From assembly GCA_021513695.1 (NCBI GenBank), contig CP084166.1, positions 384,001 through 448,000 of the forward strand: 64,000 nt of DNA, read 5' to 3'. Of the stretch, positions 9,856-20,542 are shown piece after piece. Position numbers and translations under genes: made by a program. How positions within the stretch are numbered: position 1 is the stretch's first letter; each line of letters opens with the position of its first letter. The notes below the pieces were generated by a model. The model was given only the letters and a program-made list of their open reading frames with translations, had not been told where the DNA came from and ran no database searches. Origin of the DNA: Candidatus Heimdallarchaeum aukensis. GTDB lineage: Archaea; Asgardarchaeota; Heimdallarchaeia; Heimdallarchaeales; Heimdallarchaeaceae.

Positions 9856-11205
9856 TCAATTTTGACAATATTTTTTAAAAACTTTAAATAGGTATAATTG
9901 TTTGATGTACCAGTCGTGATAAGGTTTAGGATCGTATTCTTTAGGAATTTTAGTATAGTGGTTGAAAATGTAGTTAATTTTTCTCAAACCTTTCAAAAAT
10001 CTATAAGTAGTTTTTATGTCTGTCAGTCCCTTGAAGAATTTAACTAAAAAATCGAAAAATGTCTGTTTGGGATATTTATTAAGAAACATCCTGTGTATTT
10101 CTGCTTTACTAATTAATCCTTTGCTGAATAAAAAGTATAACTTTTCTTTATCAAAACTCAAAATAAGGCTTCTAAAAGCTTCTAAAGCTGCAAGATGTCT
10201 TCCAGCTATTTTGAAAAATTCTACATGATATTTCCATAATCGATAGATTGATACTTCTTTTTTCTGTAAGGCATCTAAAATTACTTCAGATAGAATGTTT
10301 AAAGCAATAAGAGATAAATTCTTCCCTTCAACAGTGAAAGGATTTGTCTGAAATGCTGCTTCTCCAATTGAAAGAAAACCATACCAAGCTAGAGTTATTG
10401 GTCTTCTTACAACAACTTTTTCTGAAAAGGAATTTATAGGTGAAAGGTTTATTCCTTTAGATCTGTTAATTATTTCATTAGTTACAGCTTTTGCTTTTCT
10501 TTTTGTGAGATTCTTGTTAACAACAGTGAAAAAAGATAGAGTATTATTTTCTTTTTCTACATTAGTTACAAACTCTCTATCGAATAAACAGTAGAAAGAA
10601 TCACCTTCTAGCTGGATTTGGTTGAGTATCTTTTCACTTTTCTCGATTTTATTTCTGGAATAAAAAGTATCAACATATTCTTTAGAGGAAATTTTTATGT
10701 TTAGGTCAAGTATTTCGATGTTTTTAGTCAAAATTCGTTCTGTTCCTGAACAGTCGACAATGATTTTTCCATTAACTATTTTCCCTTCTTTTGTTTTTAC
10801 ACCAATAACCCATTGCCCTCTTCCTACAGGGTCAGTAATTTCTGTTTCAAAATTGAACTTTGCTCCCGCTTTAATCGCACTTTCAACCATGTAATTGATA
10901 TATTCCTTAAGGTTGAACCTAACATATTCTCTTTTTTGTAAGGAAATAGAGAAATTTAAATCACTAGAATAAAAGAAAGTTTTTCTAACAACATTTTCTA
11001 TGTCCTTGTAGGTTTGAAGAAGTTTAGAAGAGTTGAAAATTTTTTTATCTAAATATATGATTTGATCTTGTCCAATTTCTTCTCTTTTCTTCTTATCAAA
11101 TACAATCACTTTTTTTCCAGTAATAGCTAAACTAAAAGCTAGAGTTGCTCCTGTGAAACCAGTACCTACAATTATTACATCATATTGTTCTTCTTTCTTT
11201 GACAT
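9856..11205 (-). CDS. FAD-dependent oxidoreductase (geranylgeranyl-reductase-like)
   Basis: N-terminal Rossmann dinucleotide motif DVIIVGTGFTGATLAFSLA...VIVFDKK. Size and layout fit the FAD-dependent reductase family. Confidence 0.55.
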   Translation of the reverse strand: MSKKEEQYDVIIVGTGFTGATLAFSLAITGKKVIVFDKKKREEIGQDQIIYLDKKIFNSSKLLQTYKDIENVVRKTFFYSSDLNFSISLQKREYVRFNLKEYINYMVESAIKAGAKFNFETEITDPVGRGQWVIGVKTKEGKIVNGKIIVDCSGTERILTKNIEILDLNIKISSKEYVDTFYSRNKIEKSEKILNQIQLEGDSFYCLFDREFVTNVEKENNTLSFFTVVNKNLTKRKAKAVTNEIINRSKGINLSPINSFSEKVVVRRPITLAWYGFLSIGEAAFQTNPFTVEGKNLSLIALNILSEVILDALQKKEVSIYRLWKYHVEFFKIAGRHLAALEAFRSLILSFDKEKLYFLFSKGLISKAEIHRMFLNKYPKQTFFDFLVKFFKGLTDIKTTYRFLKGLRKINYIFNHYTKIPKEYDPKPYHDWYIKQLYLFKVFKKYCQN

Positions 11206-11266
11206 TAAGTAAGCTTTCAGAATGAATTATTTGAACATTTTCTATTGCTTTGTTAGAGAGTGGATT

Positions 11267-11896
11267 TTACCCTGTTCCTCCAGTCACTAGTTCAAGCAAA
11301 AATGTTAGTAATGCAAGAATTATAATTGCTGGGAGAATTTTTAATGCGTAGATAATCTTATTTTCTTTTGAAATTGCTCCTAAAAGCATCCCCAGAATCA
11401 CTACTTCTACGACTATTAGAGAAATAGATATAATGTATCCCACTTGCATATTAAAAGCTTTAACTAGAACTAATAGAAACGGTGAAATTGAAATCGTGGC
11501 AAAGAGAAAGGGAGACAATCCATCTACAGCTGAAATGATCCAAGAGACCTTTAAATTTGCTTTGGCGAGCCTGGTGTTATTTAAGTTTGTAATCATATCT
11601 GCTTCCAAATCTTTAATTTCTTTAGTTCTTTCTGCTCGTTCAGTAAGATAAGCTATCCAAAAGCCTGAGATGCCCATAGCCATAGAAGCACTTATTCCAA
11701 GGATCAGCAATGTTTTAGCAGCAACCATGTCTTGTTCAGGGGTGCCAGACTTGAAACCGTGAGCTATCATCGATCCTATTATTAACCCTAAAGCTGTTAA
11801 AGCTCCATCAAAACCATTCATCACAAAATACCTGCGAAGGATATTTTCTCCTCCAGTTAAGGTGAGAATTTTACCTATGTCATTATCACTTTTCAA
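11267..11896 (-). CDS. VIT1/CCC1-family membrane protein
   Basis: RYFVMNGFDGALTALGLIIG segment typical of the VIT/DUF125 family. Five hydrophobic helices. Confidence 0.45.
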   Translation of the reverse strand: MKSDNDIGKILTLTGGENILRRYFVMNGFDGALTALGLIIGSMIAHGFKSGTPEQDMVAAKTLLILGISASMAMGISGFWIAYLTERAERTKEIKDLEADMITNLNNTRLAKANLKVSWIISAVDGLSPFLFATISISPFLLVLVKAFNMQVGYIISISLIVVEVVILGMLLGAISKENKIIYALKILPAIIILALLTFLLELVTGGTG

Positions 11897-12048
11897 TTTT
11901 GTATTCCCAAAGAAAACTTCTAAAATATTTTTTTTTGAATTCTTTAAAGATTTTTCGGAATGAATGTTTTTTTAAATAAGTTACTTTTTCACTTTCAAAC
12001 AAGTGTCTAAAAAAGATTTTAAATAGTATAAGATTTAGAAAAATAAAG

Positions 12049-13362
12049 ATGCAAACTTTCTTTGACTCAGCTTTAGAAGCAGAATTTAATAAAATATACG
12101 AAAAATTGAAAAAACTTGAACGAAAAAACGATGACGAGTATCAAAGTGACTTGTCTTTCCTACTTGAACATTTTAGGATTTTTGAACCACTTGATACTAC
12201 TTGTCAAAGAGAAGACTTTAGCGTTTCTGCAATAGATGGGAGTGGAGCCAGCGATTTAATTAAATTGAATAATATTTCAGTACACCTTATCACTGCAGGC
12301 TTTTCTGCAGATCAAACAGATTTTAAAAAAGGAACCACAACAGAATTAGATATTAGACCTGAAATTAGTACATATCCCAACGGTGTAACTAAACTTGTTT
12401 TAATAAGAGAAGATGAAGAACTAGAAGTATGGGAAGAAATTACCAATTTTGTAAGAGAAAATTATGGTAAAGAACCAAAAGAAATAGTTTTTGATGTTCT
12501 TAGGACCATGATTTTAAGAAAAATGGAAAATGAAGGTAAAGATATTTCCAAAATACGAATAAAAAACACTTTCGAATTATTACATCAAGCTAAACTTGCA
12601 GGTTTTACTCTTTATAATAAACCATTAGAAAAATTTCATGAATGGATGATAAGTCCGAGACCACAGACTGGATGGTATGACCAGTTTAGAGAAATATTAG
12701 AATATTCTCTGGCATTTTCTATTTTGAAAACTAATAAAAAAATAAAATATTTATTCATTGATGGTTCAATGAACATGCTAATCTCAAAGAATCATAATCA
12801 ACCAAGATTAATTTCTAATTACCTTTTACGTGATTTATGTACAGAAGCTCTAAAGCGAGACACATGTGTAGTAGCTGTAAGTAAAACAACTACTTTTCCT
12901 TTTATTTACAAAATAGCTCAAGATGTTAGAAATCATCTTAAAGGAGAAAAAAAATGGTTTTTCCGTGTTCCTTCTAAGGAATTAGGAGAGACTCCTCTTC
13001 GTCTGTTAGAAGGAAAAAGTATTCCTCCAGAGAATGCTATTACTTATCTTTTCCATTTTTCTGCAGATTTACCTGTTTTAAGGATAGACTTCGATTTAGA
13101 TTGGTGGAAGAAGAATATTCATTCAGAAGATAAAGAAAAAGAGAAAGAGAGAGAAGTTGAGATGTTTAAAGAAATTGATTGGTTGTCTCGAGATGTAAGA
13201 TATCATGGTTATCTTTTTGATCTTGCTTTCTCTCATTTTAATGCTCTAATAACTTTCAAAGAGAGAGATTTAATTGCGGATAGATTAATTGATTTCTTTA
13301 CTGAAAAAGGTGAAGATCCAAGGAGATATATACACCCAAGAAAAAGATTAGGATTAATGTAA
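12049..13362 (+). CDS. nurA: NurA-like 5'-3' nuclease
   Basis: Conserved IDGS motif (SAIDGSGASD) near the N-terminus as in NurA. Sits directly upstream of herA-mre11-rad50. A TATA-like ttttaaata lies ~30 nt before the ATG, suggesting a leaderless first gene. Confidence 0.5.
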   Translation: MQTFFDSALEAEFNKIYEKLKKLERKNDDEYQSDLSFLLEHFRIFEPLDTTCQREDFSVSAIDGSGASDLIKLNNISVHLITAGFSADQTDFKKGTTTELDIRPEISTYPNGVTKLVLIREDEELEVWEEITNFVRENYGKEPKEIVFDVLRTMILRKMENEGKDISKIRIKNTFELLHQAKLAGFTLYNKPLEKFHEWMISPRPQTGWYDQFREILEYSLAFSILKTNKKIKYLFIDGSMNMLISKNHNQPRLISNYLLRDLCTEALKRDTCVVAVSKTTTFPFIYKIAQDVRNHLKGEKKWFFRVPSKELGETPLRLLEGKSIPPENAITYLFHFSADLPVLRIDFDLDWWKKNIHSEDKEKEKEREVEMFKEIDWLSRDVRYHGYLFDLAFSHFNALITFKERDLIADRLIDFFTEKGEDPRRYIHPRKRLGLM

Positions 13363-13374
13363 AAAGGTGAAAAA

Positions 13375-15255
13375 ATGGTAAAATTAGAATTAACAGAACC
13401 AATAGGAATATTAGCAGAAGGAGATATCTCATCGTTAAAAGTGATATCAAAGGATATTAGATATCAAGTTGGTGAAATATTAATTATCACCCATCCTGAA
13501 ACTCCGGAAATCTATTTGTTTCGGGTGATGAATTATGAAAATATTCTCCGATCAAGTTCTGATATGAGCTATGTTGCTTCAAATATTTTGAAAAACAGAA
13601 CAGCATATATTGCGAGGGTAGAAAATGAGAAAATGGTAAAAGTATCTGGAATCTTGATGGGTTACTCTCTTTATGATGAAAATAAGAAAAAGTGGATTCT
13701 ACATAAACCTCGCTCTCTCCCTCCTCATTTTTCATATGTTTATCGAGGGTCTGAGTGTAAAGCAGCCTTACAAGATCTCTTATGGTCAGAATTTGGTAAT
13801 GATATAGAAATAGGAAAATTACAAGTAGGTGCTACAACCTTAGATATCCCAATTAAACTAGATGTAGAAGCTCTTCCAATGCATGTACAAGTAGCAGGAA
13901 CAACAGGAGCAGGAAAATCTTTCTTCATGTTGACAATGATTACTTCAAGTCTTAAAAATAATGTAATTAACGCTTTAAAACCTTCAAAGGCAGATACTAT
14001 TAACAAGAAAATTTCTTTCTTCATGGTAGACGTACATGATGAATACATGAGAGGAATGAAAGAACCTGAAACAAATGCAAGATATGGTATAAAAGATATA
14101 GCTGAAGCAAGCTTAAAGCAAGATAAAGATATTTACAACCTTCTATTTGGAAAGAATTTCTATCTTACTTCTGATATGGAAAGTGTAGAAAAAGATATGC
14201 AAAAATATGCTAAAGCCTTACGTTTCAGACTTGAAGATATAGAGGTAAGTGATATCATTTCAGTAATGGAAGTCACAGATCAAATGGCTTCATTCATGTA
14301 TTGGATTAAATCTCATAATGAAAATTGGATTTCAACTATTTTAGAATTAGGAGAAGAAGATGATCAAGGAGGATTTTCTAAAGGGACAGTAAATGCAGTA
14401 AAAAGAAGGCTCAGGAGTATATACAACTCTCCTATTTTCAGAGAGTCGAGAACTATCACAACTTCTGATGAAAAAAATCAAGAACAATCAAGCGTTAGTT
14501 TTAGTGATTTAGCAGAAATAGTTTACAATTTAGAACAAGGACATTTCTATAATTTTAGTTCAGCACTATTAAGTTCGACAGAACAATTTATCGTTTTAAC
14601 TATGTTAGCAAGAACAATCTTTGCTTTAAGACAATCTTTAATGTCTTCTACAAGATGGTCTCAGTTTGAAAAACAAGTAGAGTCAAGATTACCAAGACAA
14701 ATAAGTAACGAATTGCTAGGAAAAACAAATTCTTCTTTTTCGATAAAGGATCTCTATATTAAAAATAAAGAAGGAAACGACTATATTCTTAAAAAAGTGA
14801 ATGAACTTCCTGTAATTCTTCTCACAATTGAAGAAGCTCCAAGTATTTTGGGAGTACAGATGTCTAAACAAGGAAATGTGTTCGTTGACATTAGTAGACA
14901 AGGAAGAAAGTTTGGAATAGGCATGTTACTTATTACTCAAAATATTTCAGCGATGGAACCTTTGATTTTAGCCAATACAAACACAGAAATAAACATGATG
15001 CTAGGAAATGAGATAGAGATAAAACAAGCAATCATCAACGCCAGTAACAACATTACAGGATACGAACATGAGTTTAGAGTATTAAACAGAGGTGAAGCTA
15101 TAGTTACTAACTCTTTACGCAATATTCCCATGCCTGTGAAGATACACAATGCACCAGTTTTAATTAAAGAAAATTTGTCTTTCTTTGAAAATCCTTATGA
15201 TAGTTTGAAAATAAAAAAAGAAAAAAGGATATCTAAAGATATTCCTCTTCTTTAA
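13375..15255 (+). CDS. herA: HerA-type hexameric ATPase/helicase
   Basis: N-terminal HAS-barrel-like region, Walker A VAGTTGAGKSFF, Walker B LLTIEEAP, and GRKFGIGMLLITQ. SD aggtga lies 6 nt before the ATG. Confidence 0.7.
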   Translation: MVKLELTEPIGILAEGDISSLKVISKDIRYQVGEILIITHPETPEIYLFRVMNYENILRSSSDMSYVASNILKNRTAYIARVENEKMVKVSGILMGYSLYDENKKKWILHKPRSLPPHFSYVYRGSECKAALQDLLWSEFGNDIEIGKLQVGATTLDIPIKLDVEALPMHVQVAGTTGAGKSFFMLTMITSSLKNNVINALKPSKADTINKKISFFMVDVHDEYMRGMKEPETNARYGIKDIAEASLKQDKDIYNLLFGKNFYLTSDMESVEKDMQKYAKALRFRLEDIEVSDIISVMEVTDQMASFMYWIKSHNENWISTILELGEEDDQGGFSKGTVNAVKRRLRSIYNSPIFRESRTITTSDEKNQEQSSVSFSDLAEIVYNLEQGHFYNFSSALLSSTEQFIVLTMLARTIFALRQSLMSSTRWSQFEKQVESRLPRQISNELLGKTNSSFSIKDLYIKNKEGNDYILKKVNELPVILLTIEEAPSILGVQMSKQGNVFVDISRQGRKFGIGMLLITQNISAMEPLILANTNTEINMMLGNEIEIKQAIINASNNITGYEHEFRVLNRGEAIVTNSLRNIPMPVKIHNAPVLIKENLSFFENPYDSLKIKKEKRISKDIPLL

Positions 15256-15288
15256 TAATAGAATCAAAAATAATTTGAATGAAAGAAG

Positions 15289-16570
15289 GTGAAATTAGTG
15301 GTAAAAATAGCTCATATGTCTGATACTCATTTATCACATAGAAGAGTAAGAAATGTTAGAGATAGTTGGAAAGAAAGATATAGAGTAAGTTGGATAGAGA
15401 ATGACTTTTCATTAGCTTTTCAAAGAGCTTTAGATGCAGCTATTGAAACTAAATGTGATTTTCTAGTTCATTCAGGAGATTTGTTTGATGTTCCTGTAAA
15501 AAGAAATACAACTTCACCTTCTGAATATGCAAGAGCTATTGCAATAAGTGAAATAAGAAGATTTTTGGAAGCTACACATTTTAAAGTACCTATAATTATA
15601 ATTGATGGAAATCATGGAACTTATCTTTACAGGAATAATAGTACTATAGAATTCATAAAATCAGCTTTCCCTGAAAATGTGTTTATAGCCACAAATTATG
15701 ACCTTAAACGAGCAATAGTAAAAAATGAACCTTTGAAAGTAGAGTTTGAAGAGATTAACTTTTATCTGTTTCCTTATTTAGAATTCAAATCTATGGCTAA
15801 TTATGAAGAACTCTATGATGAATGGATAAGTAAATGCCAAGAGCCTGAAGACGGAAAAATTAATGTTGCAGTAGCTCACGGAATGTTTAGGAATTTGGAT
15901 TTGCATGAAAAATTATTCTCTTTTCCTTATGATTATGTAGCTTTAGGACACGATCACCAACAAAGAAAATATGCTCCAAACGCTTGGCAAGCAGGAAGTA
16001 CAGAAAAATATACCTTTGCTGAAAGAGGACAAGAAAAGTATTTTAGAAGTTATTATTGAGAAAGGAAAAAATTTACACATTAATCCAATAAAGGTTGTTA
16101 GCCAAAGAGAAATGAAACAATTCGAAGTAGAATTAAGTTCAGACATGAGTGCATTAACTGTAGAAGAAAAAATAAGAGAACTTGTAGCAAGTTATAGAAA
16201 GAACTTTGATGGAAACACAGCTGCGAGAATAAAAGTTAAGTTACAAGGAAAAACTTCTCTCTCCTACTGGTGGACAATAGAAGATCGTTTAGTAGAAATA
16301 CAGAAAAATGTTCTAACTGAAGAATATAACATCCTAGAATTTAGATGGGATGAAGAAGAGTTAAAGAAATCTATACCTCAAAGCCTAGCCAAAACACCAC
16401 AAATGGATCAATACCTAATTGAAGATCCAGTCAGGGATTTTGTAAATTATTTGAAAAACTTAGAAATAGATGATGAAGTAAAATTTGAACAATATGCAAA
16501 ACTAGGACCAGAAATAATTAAAGAGGTTTTTAGTGAAGGATTTATTTCTTCAAAGGAGGAGTTAGAATGA
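15289..16570 (+). pseudogene. mre11: Mre11 nuclease, copy 1, frameshifted
   Basis: Same sequence as the intact 427-aa copy, but caagaaaaaggtatttt is caagaaaagtatttt here (-2 bp). This splits the gene into the 15289-16059 and 15971-16570 ORFs. Phosphoesterase motifs HMSDTHL, GDLFD and GNHG are in the first part and GHDHQ is in the second. Confidence 0.65.
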
Positions 16571-18699
16571 AAATTCTTTGGATACACATGGAGAATTTTA
16601 AATGCTACCGCAATGAGAGGATTCCAGAAACAGGTATCCTTCCAAAAGGATTGATTTTTGTAGAGGGAGAGAATTCGGTAGGAAAAACTTCTTTGTTTGA
16701 TGCAATATATTACGCTCTTTTTTACGAACCTACAAAGGACAAAGCCATTTTAGGTACAAAAGATATGCTAGTAAAAAGAGGAGAAAAAGAGACTATCGTA
16801 GAAGTTGCTTTTGAAATAATGAATAAATACTTTGTAGTACAAAAGCAACATGGAATATCAACTCCTCTAAAAGTAGTTTTACTTCAAATTGATAGAGAGA
16901 TGGCTGAAAAAGGAGAATTAAAAAATCCCATTAAAATAGCAGAAGGACTAGAGGATGTAAACAAGAAATTGTTTGAACTATTAAATATCACAAGCGAAAG
17001 CGTGTTGAGCACTCTAATAGTAAATCAAGGAGAAGTGCAAAAACTAGCAGAAGCTAAAGGAGCAGAACTTAGAGATATAATTTACAAACTTTTTCATTTA
17101 GATGATATAAGAGAAAAGTTGAAACGTGTGATTAATAGAAAAATGGAGATTTTAGATGAAGAATGGGAAAAATACAAAATTGAGCGCACAACAGAGAATA
17201 TTCTTGAAGAAATTAAAGAAATAGAGATAGAGAAAGAAACGAAAGAGAAAGAGTTAGTAAAAGCAAAAAATGAACTGGAAAAAATAGAAGAGAAAATCTC
17301 TCAATATCCTAAACATGAAGATATTCAATCAATAAGCAATATTTTAACTCAAATACAGCAAACCAAAGAAACTATTTCTAAGCAAGAAAGAATAATTAAA
17401 CAAAAATCTGAAACTTTAGAAATCAAGGAACTAACACAAGAAGAAATAAAGGATAAAATCTTAGAAATAGAGAAGATTATTCAGAAAACTAACAATAACA
17501 TAGAAAATTTAAGAAACAAAAGAGATAAAGTCCAGAAAAAGTTGCATAGTCTCCAAAGAGATCTTGCTGAAATAAAAGAAAAAATCAAGAAACTAGAAAG
17601 TCATGAAGTAGGACATGAAGAAGATTTTACTTGCGAATTATGCGAACAAACGATGCCCTACTCGAAATTTAAGGAATTAGTAGAGAGTAAAAAACAATCA
17701 ATTACAAATATTGAATTAGGGATTAAGAAAAGAACTGCAGAAAAAAGAGAAGTAGAGAAACAAATTGAAAAAGAAAGCAATTATATTAATAAGCTAAAAG
17801 AACAAATTTTTTCACTTAATAATGTCAAAGATAGGCTAGATAATCTAGAGAATAACAAGAAAGAATTGGATAAAAAACAAAATAATTTAATAACACAACT
17901 TAAAAAATTCAAAGTCCAGACAGTTGATCAGCTTTCAAAGAAATATAATGTCGAAAACTTTGAGGAATTCTTTTCAATTATAAGTCAACTGAAATCTGAT
18001 AAAGCTAGTCTAAATGCATCAATAAGTCATCTAAATAAAACTATTGAAAAACTAAAACAAAGGAAAAATCAATTAGAAAAAGAAATAGACAAAAATAAGG
18101 AAAAGGAAGAGAAACAAGAGAGTATTCTTCAAGAACAAGCTGCACTAAAAGATGTAGAAGGTGTAGTTTCAAGTTTTATAGCTGAGGAGCTAATCTCCAA
18201 TAGATTGCTTGCAGGAATACAGCAGACAACTAATCCTAATATAAACTTGTTTACGAGAGGAAAATACTCAGAGATATATCTAGAAGCAACTACAAAGAAA
18301 ACTTTAAGGTTAAGCGTTTTAGACAAAGAAGAAGAATTCGTAAAAAATCAAGAGTTCCTTTCAGGAGGAGATAAAGCAGCTATAGGACTAGGATTGAGAT
18401 TAGGTATAAGCGAATTACTAAAACAAATTAGACCATTCAAAGATTCTCCTCATAATCCTCCAAGGATGGATATAATGATACTTGATGAGCCTTTGGGTTC
18501 ACTTGATAGTGAAAGAAGGAAAAAAGTTCTAGAAGGATTGTTGATACAGAAGAAATTCAGTCAAATATTTCTGATTACACATACAAATGTTAGAGAAGAA
18601 CTTCGAGCTCCTTCAATTCGAGTAAGTAGAACAGAAAAAGGTAGCTCTACAGCCTATTACCCTGCTCCAAGTAAAATAGAGTTAGAATCTGAAGAATGA
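16567..18699 (+). CDS. rad50: Rad50 ABC-type ATPase, copy 1
   Basis: Walker A GENSVGKTS, central coiled coil with CxxC zinc hook (FTCELCEQ), signature LSGGDKAA and Walker B MILDEP. SD ggagg lies 8 nt upstream. Start overlaps the mre11 stop. Confidence 0.8.
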   Translation: MKILWIHMENFKCYRNERIPETGILPKGLIFVEGENSVGKTSLFDAIYYALFYEPTKDKAILGTKDMLVKRGEKETIVEVAFEIMNKYFVVQKQHGISTPLKVVLLQIDREMAEKGELKNPIKIAEGLEDVNKKLFELLNITSESVLSTLIVNQGEVQKLAEAKGAELRDIIYKLFHLDDIREKLKRVINRKMEILDEEWEKYKIERTTENILEEIKEIEIEKETKEKELVKAKNELEKIEEKISQYPKHEDIQSISNILTQIQQTKETISKQERIIKQKSETLEIKELTQEEIKDKILEIEKIIQKTNNNIENLRNKRDKVQKKLHSLQRDLAEIKEKIKKLESHEVGHEEDFTCELCEQTMPYSKFKELVESKKQSITNIELGIKKRTAEKREVEKQIEKESNYINKLKEQIFSLNNVKDRLDNLENNKKELDKKQNNLITQLKKFKVQTVDQLSKKYNVENFEEFFSIISQLKSDKASLNASISHLNKTIEKLKQRKNQLEKEIDKNKEKEEKQESILQEQAALKDVEGVVSSFIAEELISNRLLAGIQQTTNPNINLFTRGKYSEIYLEATTKKTLRLSVLDKEEEFVKNQEFLSGGDKAAIGLGLRLGISELLKQIRPFKDSPHNPPRMDIMILDEPLGSLDSERRKKVLEGLLIQKKFSQIFLITHTNVREELRAPSIRVSRTEKGSSTAYYPAPSKIELESEE

Positions 18700-18775
18700 T
18701 TCTTTTTTCATTATCTTTATCTTTTTTGAGAATAATATTTATATCTAAAAATGGAAATGTTCTCTAGGGTTTGAA

Positions 18776-20146
18776 ATGATACCTGGAACACTTAGACCTT
18801 TACCAAAAAGATTAGCTAAAGTAAAAACAGAAGCTGAAAGGCTTTTTAGAGCAGTGGACTATGATTACGAGACTATTAAAGAAATACTAAAATCTAGTAA
18901 AAATTTTGAATTTGAAGAAATAAGAAGACAATATATTAATTGTATAAATCATCACATAAGAATAGTTCCACTCGTAAAAGAAGCAGATAAATTGTTAGTT
19001 AAATATTCAAGAGATCCACTTCTAAAAGAAATGGTTTTCAAACTATTTGATAAGTTGGAAAAATATGAATACAGATTGAATGGTGATATTCAACGACTTG
19101 ATACTATTTTAATGTCGAAAAGAAAAGAATACATCAATAAAACAATTCCACTAGTGAAATCAGAAATAAGAAGCAAGTTATCTTTCTTAAGAGACCTAGA
19201 TTTTGAGCAATTACTCGCTGACAGTGAAAAATATTCTGCTATTATTTCAGGCATCGTAGATCGTGTAAATATATTAAAAGACGAGTATCAAAAATTAATC
19301 GAAAATGCTCTTGAAAGCGCAGTAGAAGCTTATAAAGAGTTAAAAGAAAAACTAGACGAACTTGAAGATGAACTAAAAGAGTATGTTCTTATTCTTGCTA
19401 CTTGTAAGATGGAATTGCTAATTAACGATTCAAAAACTTTGCTTGAAGAAGGAGTTAAAATATTCGAACGTTTTGAATTAGAACAAACAACTGAACTCAT
19501 AGAAGAAGCACAAGAGTACCTAGAAAAAGCAAAACCAACTCTAAAAGAGATGAATGAATTAAAGGTAGATATTCCTAAAAAAGCAATGAAAAAGAGCTTT
19601 GAAACAAAATTCCGAGAATTAAGAAATAAATTCGAAGAAAATAAATTTACTCTAGATGAATTGATAAACAACATCGAAACTAGAAATAGGTTACTATCGA
19701 CAAATATTGAAAGAATTGATGCATTAAAAGAGCTAGCAAAATCAATGTCGAGTGACATCAAAGAAACAGGAGAAATATTAAAAATAAAAAGAATGGGTAC
19801 ATTTAAACTATACTTGAAAGAAAATCTTATTCCACACATGGAGTTGCAAGAAAATGGTATAGTAAAAATACCAAAGGCAGAAGAACTCACGGCAACTTTT
19901 ATAGATGAAATAATCTTGACTCTTGAAGATGTAGATAATAAAAATATAGTTAAGGACTGGTTCAATGCTTTTAGAGCAACAAAAGTAGGTAAGTGGATAT
20001 ATGAAACTTCAATCAAAATTAAAAATAAAATAGTAGACATAACAAAGAAGATTGTAAAAAAAACTAAAAAATGGATCCAAGAAATGAAAGAAAAAAGAGA
20101 ACAGAAAAAATCGCAAGAAAATCAACAAAAAGAAGAGAAGAAATAG
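18776..20146 (+). CDS. coiled-coil protein of unknown function, copy 1
   Basis: 456 aa, highly alpha-helical and E/K-rich. Co-duplicated with mre11-rad50. Confidence 0.55.
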   Translation: MIPGTLRPLPKRLAKVKTEAERLFRAVDYDYETIKEILKSSKNFEFEEIRRQYINCINHHIRIVPLVKEADKLLVKYSRDPLLKEMVFKLFDKLEKYEYRLNGDIQRLDTILMSKRKEYINKTIPLVKSEIRSKLSFLRDLDFEQLLADSEKYSAIISGIVDRVNILKDEYQKLIENALESAVEAYKELKEKLDELEDELKEYVLILATCKMELLINDSKTLLEEGVKIFERFELEQTTELIEEAQEYLEKAKPTLKEMNELKVDIPKKAMKKSFETKFRELRNKFEENKFTLDELINNIETRNRLLSTNIERIDALKELAKSMSSDIKETGEILKIKRMGTFKLYLKENLIPHMELQENGIVKIPKAEELTATFIDEIILTLEDVDNKNIVKDWFNAFRATKVGKWIYETSIKIKNKIVDITKKIVKKTKKWIQEMKEKREQKKSQENQQKEEKK

Positions 20147-20311
20147 CAACATTATGTGATTTTGTGTTTTTGTGTAAAAATTCTCTATTTTTTTGTTAAA
20201 TTTATTACTATATAATAATGAATACAAAAAGAAATTAGGTTGAAATTATATCATTCATTGAATTTTTGAAAAAATTTTTGCCAAAAAAAATAAATATTTA
20301 GTTATATATAT

Positions 20312-20542
20312 GTGGTATGTATTAAAATGACTTCAGATTCATCTTGTTATTGTATTGTAAGAATAACTTGGCCTAAATGGATAGTTGCAACTGGACAGAT
20401 AGCTTTAGGTATTGGAATACTCTTATTGATCATTTTTTCGATCTTTTACACAAAGACAAGTTGGGAAAATTTTTCGCTATACGGAATCTACGTGGGAGCA
20501 GGTTTTTTGCTACTTGGGGCACTAATTAGCTATAGTTACTAA
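20312..20542 (+). CDS. small two-TM membrane protein, copy 1 with chimeric 3' end created by the duplication junction
   Basis: Identical to 25743-25979 up to ...LLGALI, then reads into the junction (SYSY*) instead of LSSNDW*. Confidence 0.4.
   Translation: MVCIKMTSDSSCYCIVRITWPKWIVATGQIALGIGILLLIIFSIFYTKTSWENFSLYGIYVGAGFLLLGALISYSY

Larger units (their letters stand above)
15096..20527 (+). repeat. tandem direct duplication, unit 1 (5432 bp)
   Basis: Identical to 20528-25958 except for a 2-bp deletion at ~16039 and a 3-bp (gat) insertion at ~17105. Starts inside the herA 3' end and ends inside the small membrane-protein gene. Confidence 0.9.

Noticed and set aside
15971-16059. Possible programmed ribosomal frameshift joining the two mre11 copy-1 ORFs
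   Set aside because: Neither a -1 nor a +1 shift at the caagaaaagtatttt site restores the frame. Restoring it requires +2. The intact second copy shows the ancestral sequence, so a mutation or sequencing error is more parsimonious.
19330-20040. 236-aa minus-strand ORF with long poly-Ser and Phe/Ser-rich sequence (also 24761-25471)
   Set aside because: Antisense to the E/K-rich coiled-coil gene. GAA/AAA-rich sense codons read backwards give Ser/Phe runs. Low-complexity composition and no start context.
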